Shown in pieces: positions 12,137 to 25,664 of a DNA stretch of 64,000 nt; the stretch's first letter is position 1; the number at the start of each line of letters is the position of its first letter. The stretch is taken from the NCBI GenBank assembly GCA_010093605.1, contig MU004194.1:658323-722322 (forward strand). The letters run 5' to 3'. The translations under genes and the position numbers were made by a program. The stretch is from Lophium mytilinum. Lineage: Eukaryota. The notes beneath the pieces were generated by a model. The model was not told the origin of the DNA. It searched no databases and saw only the letters and a list, made by a program, of their open reading frames with translations.

Positions 12137-13483
12137 TCACCACTCATCAATCATCTCGTTCCCGCTCTCACTCTCCACCTCCATGGCCTTGCGCGCCGCC
12201 TCTGCACCAGCTACGGGCAGCATTTCAACCCCTTTTCTTTTCAGTTCCTCCCCCACCTCTTCGGGATCAAACAGCCCTACTTGAAATAGCACAGACGCCT
12301 GATCCCAATACACCCGCTCATGGTGCAGCTTTCCGCCTCTTAGGCCTACAATACTGACGATGACGATCTCTACCTTTTTGTTTGTGGGTGGTATGCCTGG
12401 AAGGATCCAAGGCATCTCAGTTGTGTGTTTGAAGGTGATATGTAGCTCGTCGACAATGCGATCGACGCCAATAGTACGGGAGAGGAGGCGCATGAGGAAA
12501 GAGGGTGGTGTAGAAGGAAGGAAGAAGTCCGTGTAGAAGCGGCGCAGTTCCTCTCTCCCAATACCACCCGTCATCGTAGGCGTATAGTTAACATACGGTT
12601 TCGGCGACGTCGTGAACGTCTCTAGTAGCTTATCCGCGTCTTTGGAGTGGAACTTCGCTGTCGCACGCTGTCAGCCCTCACCATCTCCTCATATTTAAAG
12701 ACTACCTATGCGTAGGGGGTCTTGACAAACCTTCCACATTCTCCTCCCACGTCCTCTCCAACTCCACTTCAGCCCCAAACCCCCTCCTCACCATCCCCAG
12801 ACTCCTGCCCCACGCCACCGCATCCGCAACTCTATCGTACTCATCCAAGTCGTGCTCCGCGAACCCCACATCCACACCCTCGTACGTATACGTCGGGTAG
12901 TCGATCTTGCTCTGCAACCCTCCCGCCCCAATGCCCGGCGTAACGCGCTTCTGCACCGTCCGCCGCTTGCCCTGGATGCCCAGAATCTCCGGGCGGCGGC
13001 TCACCCCCACCGTGCCGCCAGCGAGGTGCACCAGGACGCGAAACGAGGAGCTGAAGCGCTGGCGGGGGTCCGGGATCGATGAGGGGTAGTACGCGACAAG
13101 AGAGCAGAGTTTCGACGTCTGGGTCGAGGGCTCGGCGTAGACTTCTAGACAGACAGTCGCTGCATCGCCGAACGCTGTCACACATCCCCGTCAGCTTTAT
13201 GTGATCGGGTGCTGTAGTCGTGGGGATAGGGAGTAGTACCTACGATCGCGTACCGCTCTCCAATGCTCATCCCATCACCTAGATGGTGTAGCTGGTTCAC
13301 GTACCCCTTGCCGCCCTTCCCAAACGGCACGTAGGTCACTTTGAACCCCTCTTCCTGCCATGCTTTCAGCGTCTTTTGGTCGAATTCGGACACGTCGTCT
13401 GTTTCGGCGGTTATGTAGAGGCGGGGGGTTTCGGGGTTGAAGCTGAGCCAGCCGTTGCTGTTGGCGATGAATTGGAGGGCCAT
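12137..13483 (-). CDS. Dienelactone hydrolase-like + SnoaL/NTF2-like domain protein (3 exons)
   Basis: Motifs LVAYYP, GFAEHD, PTMTGGIG, SRTIGVDRIVDE, PWILPGIPPT and HERVYWDQASVL. Introns 13239-13175 and 12730-12658. Confidence 0.8.
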
Positions 13484-14018
13484 GGCGGGAGGCGGGAAGG
13501 GTCGGCGATGGTAATAGGGCTTAGAGGAGGGTGTCTGCGTGGAGACTCCATGGTGGTGTATGTAGAGAAACTTGCTTGGGATGACGTCGAGGATCGCATG
13601 GGTTGCGTGGAGGGGCGGAGTGGTGTTGTGGGGCATGATCAACCCTCGGAGTTGCAGAAGAATTGCTAAGAGCGTGCACATTCGGTCTCCTTTTTGATCG
13701 TGATTATGACGGAAAAGCACTTGTGACTATGACATCGGTTTCATCAAATGTCAGTACCTATGTCAATCATTGTATGGTAAAATTCCGCTTTCAAAGCTGT
13801 TGAAGCTTGCTAAGTTTCCTCTGCTGAACGGAATACACAAGTCATGGATTCAAGAACTCTGATTTTGATACCATAAGACGCGAAGAGGTCATAGAGAACT
13901 TCTTTGTATGGGATCATGCATCAAATGTCACAGTACAGTCCTTGAAACTGCCTTACCGAAGATCTCGATCCATCTCTTGCTCCCAAATCCACTCCCGGCT
14001 CTGAGACACTCAAACCTA

Positions 14019-16411
14019 TTAGACATCAAACTGCACCACAACAATTGACCAAGCAGGGACATTCCAACTCCACCTCCTCTCCCTCGCCTGCGTCACGTTC
14101 GCAACCTTCGGCACTACCACCTTCATCTCATCCTCCGTATTCTCAGCATTCTCGTCCACATTCACAATAACCGTCGCATTAACACCCCTAATCTCCACAT
14201 CCAACACCACACTCAACGGCACCGCCGTTGCCCCAGCATTAATCACCTTCAAATAAACCTCCGTGTCCTCCCTATTAACGCTACTCGCCCAAAACAGCGG
14301 CCCAAAATCTCCCTTCGTGTTCGTCACAGGCAGAGTCTGGGCGCCACGGAAACGCGCAAAAAGCCACTGCTGCCAGTAACTCGCACTCAGCAGCGTCTGC
14401 GCCGGGTCCGCAGTGAAGGCAATCATATCCGGGACCCAATTGTACCAGTTCAGGTTCTGCAAGCTAGGTGCGTAGGAGCTCATACGGACGGTGTTGGGGT
14501 TTCGCTCGCCGCCGAGGGCGTACACCCCTTCTGCGATCGCTGATACCATCTGCGGGAGGGGGAGGCCGGGCGCGGACCAGTTGACAGCGCCGTCAGGCGA
14601 GTCGAGCTGCTTGACGCTGTACTCGCCGAGCAGGACGCCGACGTCTGTATTGTTGGTCGCCTGTTGCCAATTGTCGTAGAAGTCGAAGTTTTCGAGGAAG
14701 TAGTGAGGTTCTTCGTAGTGATGCGTGTCCCACATCCCACCCGTTGGGATCGAGATGTTATAGTCCGCGTTCTCGTTGTAGGCAGTGCTGATGAGCGTGA
14801 TTTCTGGGTATGCGGCTTTGAGGCCGTTGTAGAGGTAGTAGAAGCGGTGGGGGTATGTGCTGCTAAACCAGTCCTCGTTACCGATCTCAACGAATTGAAT
14901 CTTGAAGGGGGTGGGGTGGCCATGGGAGGCGCGAAGAGCACCATATTTAGTTGTGGTCGGGCCGGTGCAGTATTCGAGCTCGTCCAGCGCTTCTTGGAGG
15001 ACTTCATGCATACGAGACTCAGGGTAGGAGGCGCCGTCTTCCCCCCAGATGTCGAGAGAGAAGCCGGAATAGACGGCGAGTACGGGCTCGATTTCCATGT
15101 CCTCTGTCCATTCGAGATACTCGAGGAGGCCTAGTCCGTCAGTATTAGCATAGTTCCAGTTAGCGATTGAGCGTCCTGGGCGGTTCTTGAGGGGACCAAT
15201 GGTTTTCCACCATTTCCATCTTGTTTGGGGGGAAACGCCTTCTAGGTTGTTTCCTAGATAATAATCAGTCAGAATTCGCATGTTTCTCGTGGGACTCATA
15301 CCTCCTGGGAACCTCAGAAACTTAGGCTTCATGTCATACAACGCGTTTGCAAGGTCCTTCCGTAATCCATTGGGTCTGTCCTTGAAAGTCTCTGGGAACA
15401 GGCTGATAAGATCAAAGTAGAACGTCTGACCAGCCACCTCAGATGCATCCATAGTAACGGCAAACGTATTGTTCGAGTTTGGTGCCCTTGATTCATTGGA
15501 GATGGTGGCATTAAGTTGAATGTAGTCCAAAGTATCGACTTTTACCGTAGGGAGCTCTGTACGTGCCCACACTTCGCCAGTCAAGTTTGATCGTAGCGAT
15601 ACTGTGAACGTGGTGCTATTGCCTTTGTACCGCGGATAGTTCGCAAGTACATAGAAAGATGCCTTATATTTCTGTGGGCTGATGTCCATTCCCCACCATC
15701 CTATCTGTTTAGTATAGATATTGACAATCCATGGGAAGTGTAGGACGTACCGTAATTTATAAATCCAACCTCACCAGTCGCGTTAACTGGTATGTCGACT
15801 TGCAAAACGGTTGGAAGCGCATCTGAAAGAGGGTGCAGTATGTCCAGACTCAACCTGACATCTCCAAGAGGTGCCCATCCTGTCAGCACTGGTCCACCGG
15901 GTACGAGAGGATTCTCAGATGGAAGGATGAAGTTTCCCGAATAGCCTGGTATAGTACCAGTGTTTATGCTGGAGCCTATGAGGTCAGCGCCGGAATGTAT
16001 TTGATATGTGTTATCTCGGGTTCACCTTGAAATGCTCGGTTCGTGATCAGCTCTGCGTAAAGACCTCCATCGCCCGAATGCTAGAACAGTCCCCATATCA
16101 GTCCCTGAACCAGTTGAGAGATGTCGGTCACATACGCTGATGTCCTCAAACATGAGCCCATAGAGATATCTATGCATGTCAGTAAACGGTCAGTGAGGTC
16201 GGCCTCGATCTACAACTCACGGCGCAGTATCATTCCTCCTTTGGGTCTCCTTGGTAGATATCTTTAGTTCTACAGCCGTCACATTCCCAGTGTCGTTAAG
16301 ACTTCTGGGATACGTAGTGATTTCCCGGAAGGTGCCAACTCTTCTAGCAGCACAAAACGGCGACAAAAAGGCCGTCACGGCAGCAATTGCGACGGCGAAT
16401 GACGTCAGCAT
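14019..16411 (-). CDS. Secreted alpha-L-arabinofuranosidase, GH51 (multi-exon)
   Basis: Signal peptide MLTSFAVAIAAV. Motifs YGLMFEDI, SGDGGLYAELI, FLRFPGG/NNLEG (split by an in-frame intron ~15255-15300), VEIGNED and LGEY. Confidence 0.92.
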
Positions 16412-17182
16412 ATTTGCAGAGAGCGATAGAGACACGGAAACATACTACAATGTCAGTGTTGGTGCCTTCTAAAGATATCATAAAGACACAGACGGCAAAA
16501 TTAATTCGCGGCCCCTCATGATGGGCGAGTATCGTCCAGGATCATAACGAGCTAAGCTGCGGAGACATCGACCGGTAGAGACTTCAGATGCAGGAACGAA
16601 GGAATATATTAAACTATATTCAAAAGCTTTGGGTACCGAGATGCTATGCTTGAAATGATGATATGAGCAAGGATTGCGGATAAATAGATCACAGAAGCGA
16701 GCGCCTGTGGGGTTGAGCTACGAAAAGTGATTGCATCCGCAGCGGCATTACGACGATCTAGCTGCTTGGAGGTCAAGCATACTCGGTGGAAAGCATGCCG
16801 ATTCAGATATATTCTTCCGTCCATCTAACAGCTTGGGCGGTGGAGGACGCGGGAACTGGAATTGAAGGTTGCCTAGGAGTGACACTCCTACAAATGTACC
16901 TCCGGAGAATTTCCAAGGATCGTCCGCATGGACTAGATTGATTGGATTTGAGGCGTGAAAACAGATTGACCAAGTGTTCTTCACCTGGTTTGTACTCAAC
17001 TGACGTGACAGCTGCTCTAATTATCCTGACGTTTGCACATGCGGCTATAAACCAAGACGCACTAACATTACCGTACACCTCCAGCTTGCCATCATTGTGC
17101 TGGCCTAGTCTACCCCATATGCCGTGACGCTGAAATTTCAGAAAAAAGAACGCCGTCCGATGCTGGATCATGGACACCTAGT

Positions 17183-18788
17183 CTAGTCCGAACTTGCAAT
17201 CTCTCCCTCATCGTCGTCGTCGTTAGTCCTTTCTACAATTAAGTTTCCACTGCGCCCGATGCGGTCTTTGATAGACCCGCCCGCGCTCAGCTCATATGCC
17301 TCGCGTGGCATAGGAGAAACCAGTTTGAACTTATATTCAAGCTCAAAATCCTCTGGCTTGGAGACTTTCTCAGTCATCGGCTCTTCTGACTGCAGTATAT
17401 CGTAGCACTCAACGAAAGCATAGAGCTCTTCGATGGGCTTTTCAGCTGCAAACTTGCGCACGATACGGTCCCCTGACGGCATGCGCAAGCTGATACGCAC
17501 AACATCTTTGACATCCGGGCCTGGCTCATCAGCGATCGAAGTTGCGCGCCACTTGCGCCACTGGGCAAGATTCAAGGCCTGTTGTTCTTTGGCTGCTTCG
17601 CGATCTAGCGCCTCTTTCTCTTCTCGTGCCTTCCGCTCCTCGGCCTCTCGCTTCTGGCGTGCTCGTTCGCGATCTAGAGCTAGCGATCGTTCGTAGGCAC
17701 TATTTTGTGACTCTCTCAGGTTCCTCGAAGCTTGCAATTCCGCGCGTTGAGCTCGGACTCGGTTCAAGGGCTCTGCAACAGCCTGGATGCCCTGTTGTAA
17801 CTTGGCGATGTACTGTCCTGGAGGAGTTGGTCCAGCTATCCGGATAGCAATGCCCATTGATGTTGACGAGACTTGGGGAGTGTGTGCAATCAGGCTCGTA
17901 AACGGAAACTTAGTGCAGTTCAGCGCTGCAGAAACTTGGAATGCTTCTGAGTCCTGAACGTTGCCGGCCCAGAGGATAATCTTGTTCTCCGGGTCCTTGA
18001 TGAAGCTCACAACATCCGGAGCTAGTAGAGTCTCTCGGATGAAAGACGAAGTCATATCATGCTCTGGTGACACCAGAACGATCATGAGATATCTAAGCTC
18101 TTTCTTGGCCAAGTCGAAGGCCTGAGCGTATCCATTTTCAAAGAATGGCAACTCGTGGCTGCCGTACTCCTCTTCAAACTCCCGGATGAAACGGGCAGCA
18201 GTGTCTCTGGTATTCAGTGGCCGACGCCCGCTTGTATTTCGCCTAGGTGTCTGCGCGGTTGTTCCTGCGGTGAGCCGAGTCCACGTACGCGGTAGAATCG
18301 GGAACAGATATCCAACGAAGCGGAAGTATTTTGATAGCAGCGAGTAGACCAAGCTGAAAGGTGTGAATAGTATCGTCAGTAGCAGTGGGGCCTGGCTTGT
18401 GATTTGGCTCTCGGGTTGGGGGACTATACGTGGGGCGGATTCAAAGCGTCTATTACTTGAGGATGACGATCGCGGGGTTGCAGCGAAGCCATTCATAAGC
18501 GTTTCTTGACGACGAGGGTCTTGTGGGGGAGGTAGACTGGAGCTTGCTTCGGCAACCGGGTCAGAAGCAGGTTCGCCGTCGAAGAATCTCGCGATAGCAA
18601 TCTAATCTGAGTCAGTCATCTCGCCGGGACTTCACTTTAGAGGAAAGACGCACCTGCACGTTCCACTGGCAGCGCTGGAGAAGTGGCACGGCAGCTTCTA
18701 GAGCTTGGTCGGTGACAGCTGTGAACTGCTGCAAGGCCAGCTGCTGGTCTTCGGTGAGTTGGGCGATGTCGGTGCCGGAGTCGGCCAT
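17183..18788 (-). CDS. UBA-like/UAS/UBX domain Cdc48 adaptor (FAF2/Ubx2-Ubx3-like)
   Basis: N-terminal LQQFTAVT..LLQRCQWNVQ|IAIARFFD across intron 18653-18602. UAS segment FFENGYAQAFDLAK, coiled coil, and UBX segment RMPSGDRIVRKF. Confidence 0.9.
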
Positions 18789-19950
18789 GGTGATGGTTTT
18801 GACACAGCTCAGGGAAGCAAGCCGTGGTCGCGTAGGAGGGATGTAGCGGAGAGGAAGAATAAGAAAACGCGTTCTGCGTGCGTGCCTGGTGTGGAATTCT
18901 GGAGCTTGCTGCAACCTGTCACTCTTCAACATGTCCTCCGCCACAAATGCCAAGCGAAACTAACTCCGCAACGGGGTCCGGCGGTGGCAGAATTGGCGTT
19001 GTCTACCGCGGACTGCACACCTCGAGTGGCACTGTTTGAGCTGACCGGTGAATTGCCGATGCGGGTGAATGGTCGCCAGTAAACATTCACGCCGCCGCTT
19101 CGTCCCTCATTGTCCTCGCCCACGATAGCTCCGCTACGACGCTAGTTGTCGCCCTCCCCACAACCGTGCTTCTTCTGCTTGGTGCTTTGCGGCTTTTGTT
19201 TTCTTTGCTGCTGATGCTGATGGAGAATAGACACCCTTTGTCATTGGAAGTTGGCTTTGCCGCGTGGTGGTACGCGGTCTGCTCGCCGTAATGTAATCAC
19301 TCCATTCACCCATTGCACAAGATATCCTCCAATCTAGCTCTTGGGAACATAAGTGCCCGTGAATGTAATGCTGATAGCCTCCAGCATCTTGTAAATGCGC
19401 AACACGGTGACTCTAGCTCGCATCCCTCGACTGTCGAGCTCTATCCCGGCCCCGGGCCTCGAAACATCGAACCTACCCTTGACAAAGGTCCTCGTTGAAG
19501 ACTACTAAGGCTACTACGCGGGCTCTTCACAGCCCATCAATGCTCACTGGATCTACTTTCGCGCGACACCGGGAGGAACAGAGATACTCGATAAGAAGCT
19601 GCTTCTCTGCGTAGGCGCATCCGTGCAATACAGAAACCCGGGAATACAGCATACGAACAGGCCCTGAAGGACTGCAGGCGCATACCTAAGGAATACCAAG
19701 CCAGCCCGAAGTATCGTGCATTGCTGCAGAGTGGCAGAATAATTAGGTCCAGCGTCTTCAGCTGACAACCACCACGCCAAGACTTCACTATCTCGCCTAC
19801 TCGATCACATCTCACTGCTTCTGTTTTTTGTTCACTATTAGTGTCTCTTTGTATGCCGTTCGGATACAGTGCTTCGCCATCCAGCCTCAGGAGAAAAAAC
19901 TTAGAAACTGGAGACCCCACATATAAATCAACGTTGACGGGCATGAATTA

Positions 19951-22340
19951 ATGGCAACAACATACGGGAGCGCGTCGGGTGACTCGCGGCGGGGGGTATC
20001 ATCTCCTCGACCGAAAGGCCGTGGTATGACGCATCCACTATCGCGAAGCTGTGCAATCGGTTCTTATCCTCTAATGTTTCTTGTGTAGAGACGAAGAATG
20101 TTTTCTGCCGAAATGTTACAATATATGGCCACTGTCGGTTCAAAGATAGTGAGTATCCTGCTCAGTTTTCAGCAACGAAATCCCCCGTCACCATGGCACT
20201 AAGCTTCCTCGGCTCATTGGCTAGCTCGCCTAGAGCTCTCGTTCTACTTCTTCAAACAACACCAATCACCTCCACCCCTACTACAGCCTGCCACGCCGTG
20301 CCCGACTACCAGTGCTTTGTGTGATCTACCATGGGCGGCTTCACTGACTGGAATCCTTTAGCCTGTCCCTATGAGCACGACGCGTCGAAGCTGAAGAACG
20401 CGTCGACTCAGAACGAGAATATCAAGAAACGCTTCAACGTCGACTCGCCCGCCTTCACTCCACTTCAGCCGGCCACCAATGGTGCCACAACTTCCGCAGC
20501 GAGGGGCGCAGCTATCTCTCCCAAGGCAGCTGGCGCCGCGATCTTCACTCCAAAAGCTCAGAGATCCAGTAAGTCAACCGTCTCACTGCTAGCTACTGTT
20601 TCGGTCTCGTACTTAATTGCAGAGTAGATAATTCTACCCCTCTCCACGTGAAGGAGCCCATAGAATGGCTTCCCCAAGACTACTCGGAGTTCGTCCCTCA
20701 AAACTTCGACGCTCAGCTAGTATGTAGTTCCACAACTTGTCTGTCCTTAAGCCAGTATCTAATTACTTATCTGCCAGGCCGATGCTGCTGCAACATCACA
20801 ATTATACGATCCGTTCAGCACTTCCACTGTTTCGGGATCTACTCACCCTAGCGCCGCATTGAATCCTTATGCCCAGGACGCGTCTGCACTCACTGGAGCT
20901 GCATTCTACCAGAACTCCAACACCTTCCAAACCTCACCAGCTCATCACCTCTACTGGCCAATTGGACCGCAACCGTCGAATTTGCTCGCGTATCAACGCA
21001 CGGCGCATGATTTCTTTATTCCGGAAAACCTGAGGGAAGAATTGCACAGAAAGTCCGAAATCTCACGACAGGTCTTGCCCAACTCATCACTGCCCCCCCT
21101 CGAGCAGTACCACTCTCTCGTCTGCTTGGACACGACACAGCAGAAAAATCAGGCTCTACTTGGTTACCAGAGCTGGGTCTATAAGGCTGTGTCTAGCAAA
21201 GACGGCAACACCTACGCGCTCCGGAGGCTAGAGGGGTTCCGCTTGACGAACGAAAATGCTATCCGTACCGTGCAGAGCTGGAAGCGCGTGTACAACGGCG
21301 GAGTTGTAACGATCCATGACGCCTTCACGACCCGCGTTTTCGGCGACAGTTCACTCATAATTGTGACTGACTATCACCCTTGCTCAAAGTCCCTCGCAGA
21401 AGAACACTTCCGACCCACGGCTATGCCGCGGTATCCAGGAGCTAGACCAGTGACTGCAGTACATATCCAAGAGCAGGCTCTTTGGGGTTATATCGTGCAG
21501 ATCGCGTCAGCCTTGAAGACAATCCATGGAATGAACTTAGCTGCTCGGCTTATAACCCCATCCAAGGTCCTACTGACCTCCAAAAACCGTGTCCGGCTCA
21601 ATGCCTGCGCCATACTCGATGTCGTACATTACGACAACGCACGCCCTCTTGCCGAACTTCAAGCAGACGACTTCATGCAGCTAGGCCGAATGATCCTGAG
21701 CCTCGCAACCAACAACCCGAATGTCCAGCTCAATATGCAGAAATCCTTTGACCAGATGCCACGAACCTACAGCCCGCGACTCAAAGACTGTATTCTCTGG
21801 CTGGTTGCTCCCGTGCCCGCCAATACCACTCCTGCATCACCCACCACTGGCGTAGCCTCACCCCAGAAGGATATCGACACGTTCCTTCCTTACATTACTG
21901 ATCAACTCACCACCATGCTCGACAACACGATTCACGCCGAAGACACTCTTACAAACGCTCTCGCACGTGAACTCGAGTCCTCGCGCCTCGTGCGCCTTCT
22001 AGTCAAACTCAACTTCATCAACGAGCGCCCTGAGCTCGACGGCTCCCTTCCCGGTGCCTCAGCCTCCACCGCCGCGAACGCCTGGTCTGAGACCGGCGAG
22101 CGCTACTACCTCAAGCTCTTCCGCGACTACGTCTTCCATCAGGTAGATGCGCAGGGCCATCCTGTGACGGACCTTGCCCATGTGCTTAACTGTCTCAACA
22201 AGCTGGATGCTGGGAGCGAAGAAAGAGTGAACCTCATTACTAGGGATGAGCAAAGCGTACTTGTTGTCACCTATCGAGAGCTCAAGCGCGGAATGGACAG
22301 TGCGTTTCAGGACCTTGTGAAGGCAGGCAACAGGAGGTGA
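19951..22340 (+). CDS. PAN3: PAN2-PAN3 deadenylase subunit Pan3 (multi-exon)
   Basis: Exon 1 MATTYGSASGDSRRGVSSPRPKGR. CCCH finger CRNVTIYGHCRFKD|CPYEHD. PAM2-like FNVDSPAFTP. Pseudokinase region, then WSETGERYYLKLFRDYVFHQVD and LNKLDAG. Confidence 0.95.
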
Positions 22341-23441
22341 GAGATGCTGACAGGGGTCTCCTCATCGCCAAGACAAGCCTTCCGGGTCGTTCAAATAGCA
22401 GTGCGATCCTTGTATGCTCACTTTGCTCTAGGTCCCTGGGATGGGAATCAGAATCGGAAAGCGAGTAAACGGTCGAGCGAAGATGCTTGGTTTTTTGTTT
22501 TTTGTTTATTTACTTTGCAGCTTGGAGGGAATGATTGAGAGGAATCCCTGACGGAACGACCGATTGGAAGCCCTGGAAGGACGACTGATTGAGAGTCCAG
22601 AGGGAGGAGGATTGATACATGTGTGTAGACAAGGGCGGAACTTGGTATGTGTTGAATAGGACAGATTACGAAATCAACTCTATAGCTTTCATGTTCAGTC
22701 GTATGGCCTGTGATTTGATACTACGAGACTTCGATCTATCGTGAAACTTGCTGTGGAGCAAATGAGAATCATGAGTAGTCATTTGGAGTGAAGCTTGCGA
22801 CGCTGCACGCCTCATAATCATGATTGAACATAATAAAACGCGTGGAACTATAACAAGATTGGTCTAGGAACCCTAGCCTTTTTTATAATTTGCCCTCCAT
22901 GCTTTCAAAGATGTCGTCTGGGCGTACTGAGAGAGTGCTCTTCAGGCCAGAGAGACATCTGTTGAGGTAAAATAGTGCAGATGTTACTGATGAACAGTCA
23001 CGTTCAACTTCTGGACTACATGATAGATTAAACCACGACATACTGGCGATACTTATAAGTGCAAAGGTAGGTAACTGGGTGGCAAAGGTCATCCACATCT
23101 CAGGCATCGCCAAGGGCGCTAGGTGTGAGTGACGTGTGACGCCATCAACCCTCCTGCGCGCTCTATCACTTGTTGAAACTATATCCAGCCAGCCACTACT
23201 AAGAGGCAGTGACGATGCCGCCTGATGATCTTATATCGCGACACCGCCCTCCTCGTGCTCCACGCCCTTTCCCACGACCCCCTGATCCAACCACCTTGAG
23301 CATCTGCATCTCCTCTACGACCCCGCGACCTAACCCCAAGCCATACATACTCGACCACGCACCCTCAACCCCAGGAACACACGCAAGGACCACGTTACCC
23401 AGATCACGCTCCCTAAACAAATACACCACCTACATATCATC

Positions 23442-24677
23442 ATGGCCCCCGAAAGCATGGCCGCGATGGCTGGACAAACCAGGCAACGCATGCAGCAGAA
23501 CGAAGAAGACCGTCAAACCCGCTCTCTAGGGGACTTCGCAGAAATCGAAGCCGCCATGCCCGCGCTTACGAGCCGCTTTCAGTTCTCCCTCAAGGACAAC
23601 CTCTCCTCGTACCTCGGATCCAAGAACCCCTTCTACAGCTATGTTGACCCTGAGAAGCACAAGGTGTGGGTTCTCGACAACACTGCCTACGAGCTGAATG
23701 GCCAAGCTGGAGATTGGCACGCGGAATTTGTTGCAGCGATCTTTCTCAAGGGAAGCGGCAAAGATATAAGCAAAGTTGTGGCAGACATTGCGGAGAAGAT
23801 TGGCCTGGCAGGCGACGAGGAAGCTGAAAAGACCATTGCGAAGAGACTCCAACCATTCCTGGATGCCATCGTACCGGCACGCGCGGTCAATATCAACTTC
23901 TTGGGCAACAACAAACTCAGACTTGGACCCAGTGGACGGGATGGCGTCAGCAGCGATGTGATTACCCTTCCCCGGGGACAGTATCAAGACGGCCAAATCT
24001 CGACTTCTAGTGCCATCAAAGCAGATGCCATAGACTTCAAAACTGTTTTTGCGAGCCCAAAGGGCTGGGCCGTTATTAGCGATATCGACGATACTATTAA
24101 GAAAACGTTGACATCTTCAGCCGTCGGGATCTTGAAGACAACATTCGCAGAAGAGCCAGAAGCTATCGCAGGCATGCCGGAGCTGTACAAACATATCGTA
24201 GAGAAGCTGGATGCACCCCCCTTCTTCTACCTCTCCGCGTCTCCGTATAACCTTTACCCCTTTCTCCATGACTTCAGGTCGGCGTACTATCCTCAAGGCA
24301 CTATGATCCTAAGAGATGCATCGTGGATGAATCTTGCTGGACTTTTGACGAATCTGACGCAAGGGACGCAAGCGTACAAGACTGATCGCATCGAAAAGAT
24401 CCACAGCTGGCTCCCAACTCGAAAATTCGTCTGCCTCGGCGATAGCACACAGACCGATCCGGAGAGTTATGGAGAAATGTATCGTAAATTCCCCGACGGC
24501 TTTATCGGCGCAATCTACATTCGAAAGGTCACAGGCGTGGCTGAGATGGATGAGAGTAAGAAGAACAGCTCGGAGAGGTTTGAGAAGGCGTTCAAAGATG
24601 TGCCACAGGATGTGTGGTATGTTTTCGAAGATGCGAATGAGCTCTATGCGCAAGTGGACAAGCTGGTATCAACATGA
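23442..24677 (+). CDS. App1-type phosphatidate phosphatase (DUF2183)
   Basis: ISDIDDTIK (DxDxT) motif, FFYLSASPYNLYP, LGDSTQTDPESY and IYIRKV. Confidence 0.88.
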   Translation: MAPESMAAMAGQTRQRMQQNEEDRQTRSLGDFAEIEAAMPALTSRFQFSLKDNLSSYLGSKNPFYSYVDPEKHKVWVLDNTAYELNGQAGDWHAEFVAAIFLKGSGKDISKVVADIAEKIGLAGDEEAEKTIAKRLQPFLDAIVPARAVNINFLGNNKLRLGPSGRDGVSSDVITLPRGQYQDGQISTSSAIKADAIDFKTVFASPKGWAVISDIDDTIKKTLTSSAVGILKTTFAEEPEAIAGMPELYKHIVEKLDAPPFFYLSASPYNLYPFLHDFRSAYYPQGTMILRDASWMNLAGLLTNLTQGTQAYKTDRIEKIHSWLPTRKFVCLGDSTQTDPESYGEMYRKFPDGFIGAIYIRKVTGVAEMDESKKNSSERFEKAFKDVPQDVWYVFEDANELYAQVDKLVST

Positions 24678-25664
24678 GTGATTGATGTATGCATGGTAAC
24701 ATGGTGGGATTTTGTTTGCGGCGATCATTTTACGCTGAATGGATGAATCAACGAAGCGCGTATATAGTCAGTTCTAACTAGTAACCTAATTCAATCAATC
24801 GTATCCCTACAACGACACTGTTTTCCTGCAAAACAATGCTGAAGTCAATGTAGTTGCCTCACGTGACTCGGCCTTCTGCAGATCATCCGAACCTCCTACA
24901 CACACCTATACACTCCAACCCACCGCAAGAAGTCCACGAACATCACTCTCATCTTGTAGATGACCATAAGCAGTTTGTTTTTCGTTCTGAGGAAGTCGCA
25001 ACTGACCTGCGCCTCTACCTCTTAGGCGCACACGTATCCGACGTCATTTGACGGAGTCCGATCACAGTAAGCGGACGTGTTTCATGGACGATTCATGTCC
25101 GTTCCGACACACCAACTCCTTGCTTAGATGCACGAATAGTCTCACACAACTAGTTGGGTCGCTTGCAGGAGTAATGGTGACTTTCCTATTCGATAGTCGC
25201 TCCGGACCTGAAGAACGCGGGTGTGTATCTTGAGTGGTGCTAGAATTTTGAAGTCTATGACAATATCAAAGACTCAACATTACTCACTAAGAAGTACTGA
25301 AACGAGAATGGTGGTCGTACGGTGCTGATTTTGATCATTGTTTCCCAGCATTTCTCATTCTGCGAGGCTTCATTTCCTGTACGAAAACTTGGAGATGTCT
25401 TTTTCAAATATTCCGGACTTTCCCACGTCTACTGCATAACCCAGGACTGACCAAGCTTTCCATCTTCTCCCGCCAACACCGCCCAGGACTCTACGCAGGC
25501 AGTGGAAGCCCTGTCAGCCACGGACATGTCGATCTCTTGGCGCCCCCATGCTCGCACCTCTTCCGATGCTTATATAGATCTTGGAGTACTTTTCTGTCCA
25601 AGCAAACACCTCACCCATCTCTTGTTTTCCTATTCCTCTCTTAATCTCGTTATTCTAGCCCAAC

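Noticed and set aside
16677..16684. CGGATAAA resembling an AraR-type site upstream of GH51
   Set aside because: A single short match is expected by chance, and AraR is known from Eurotiales, which I cannot show this organism belongs to.
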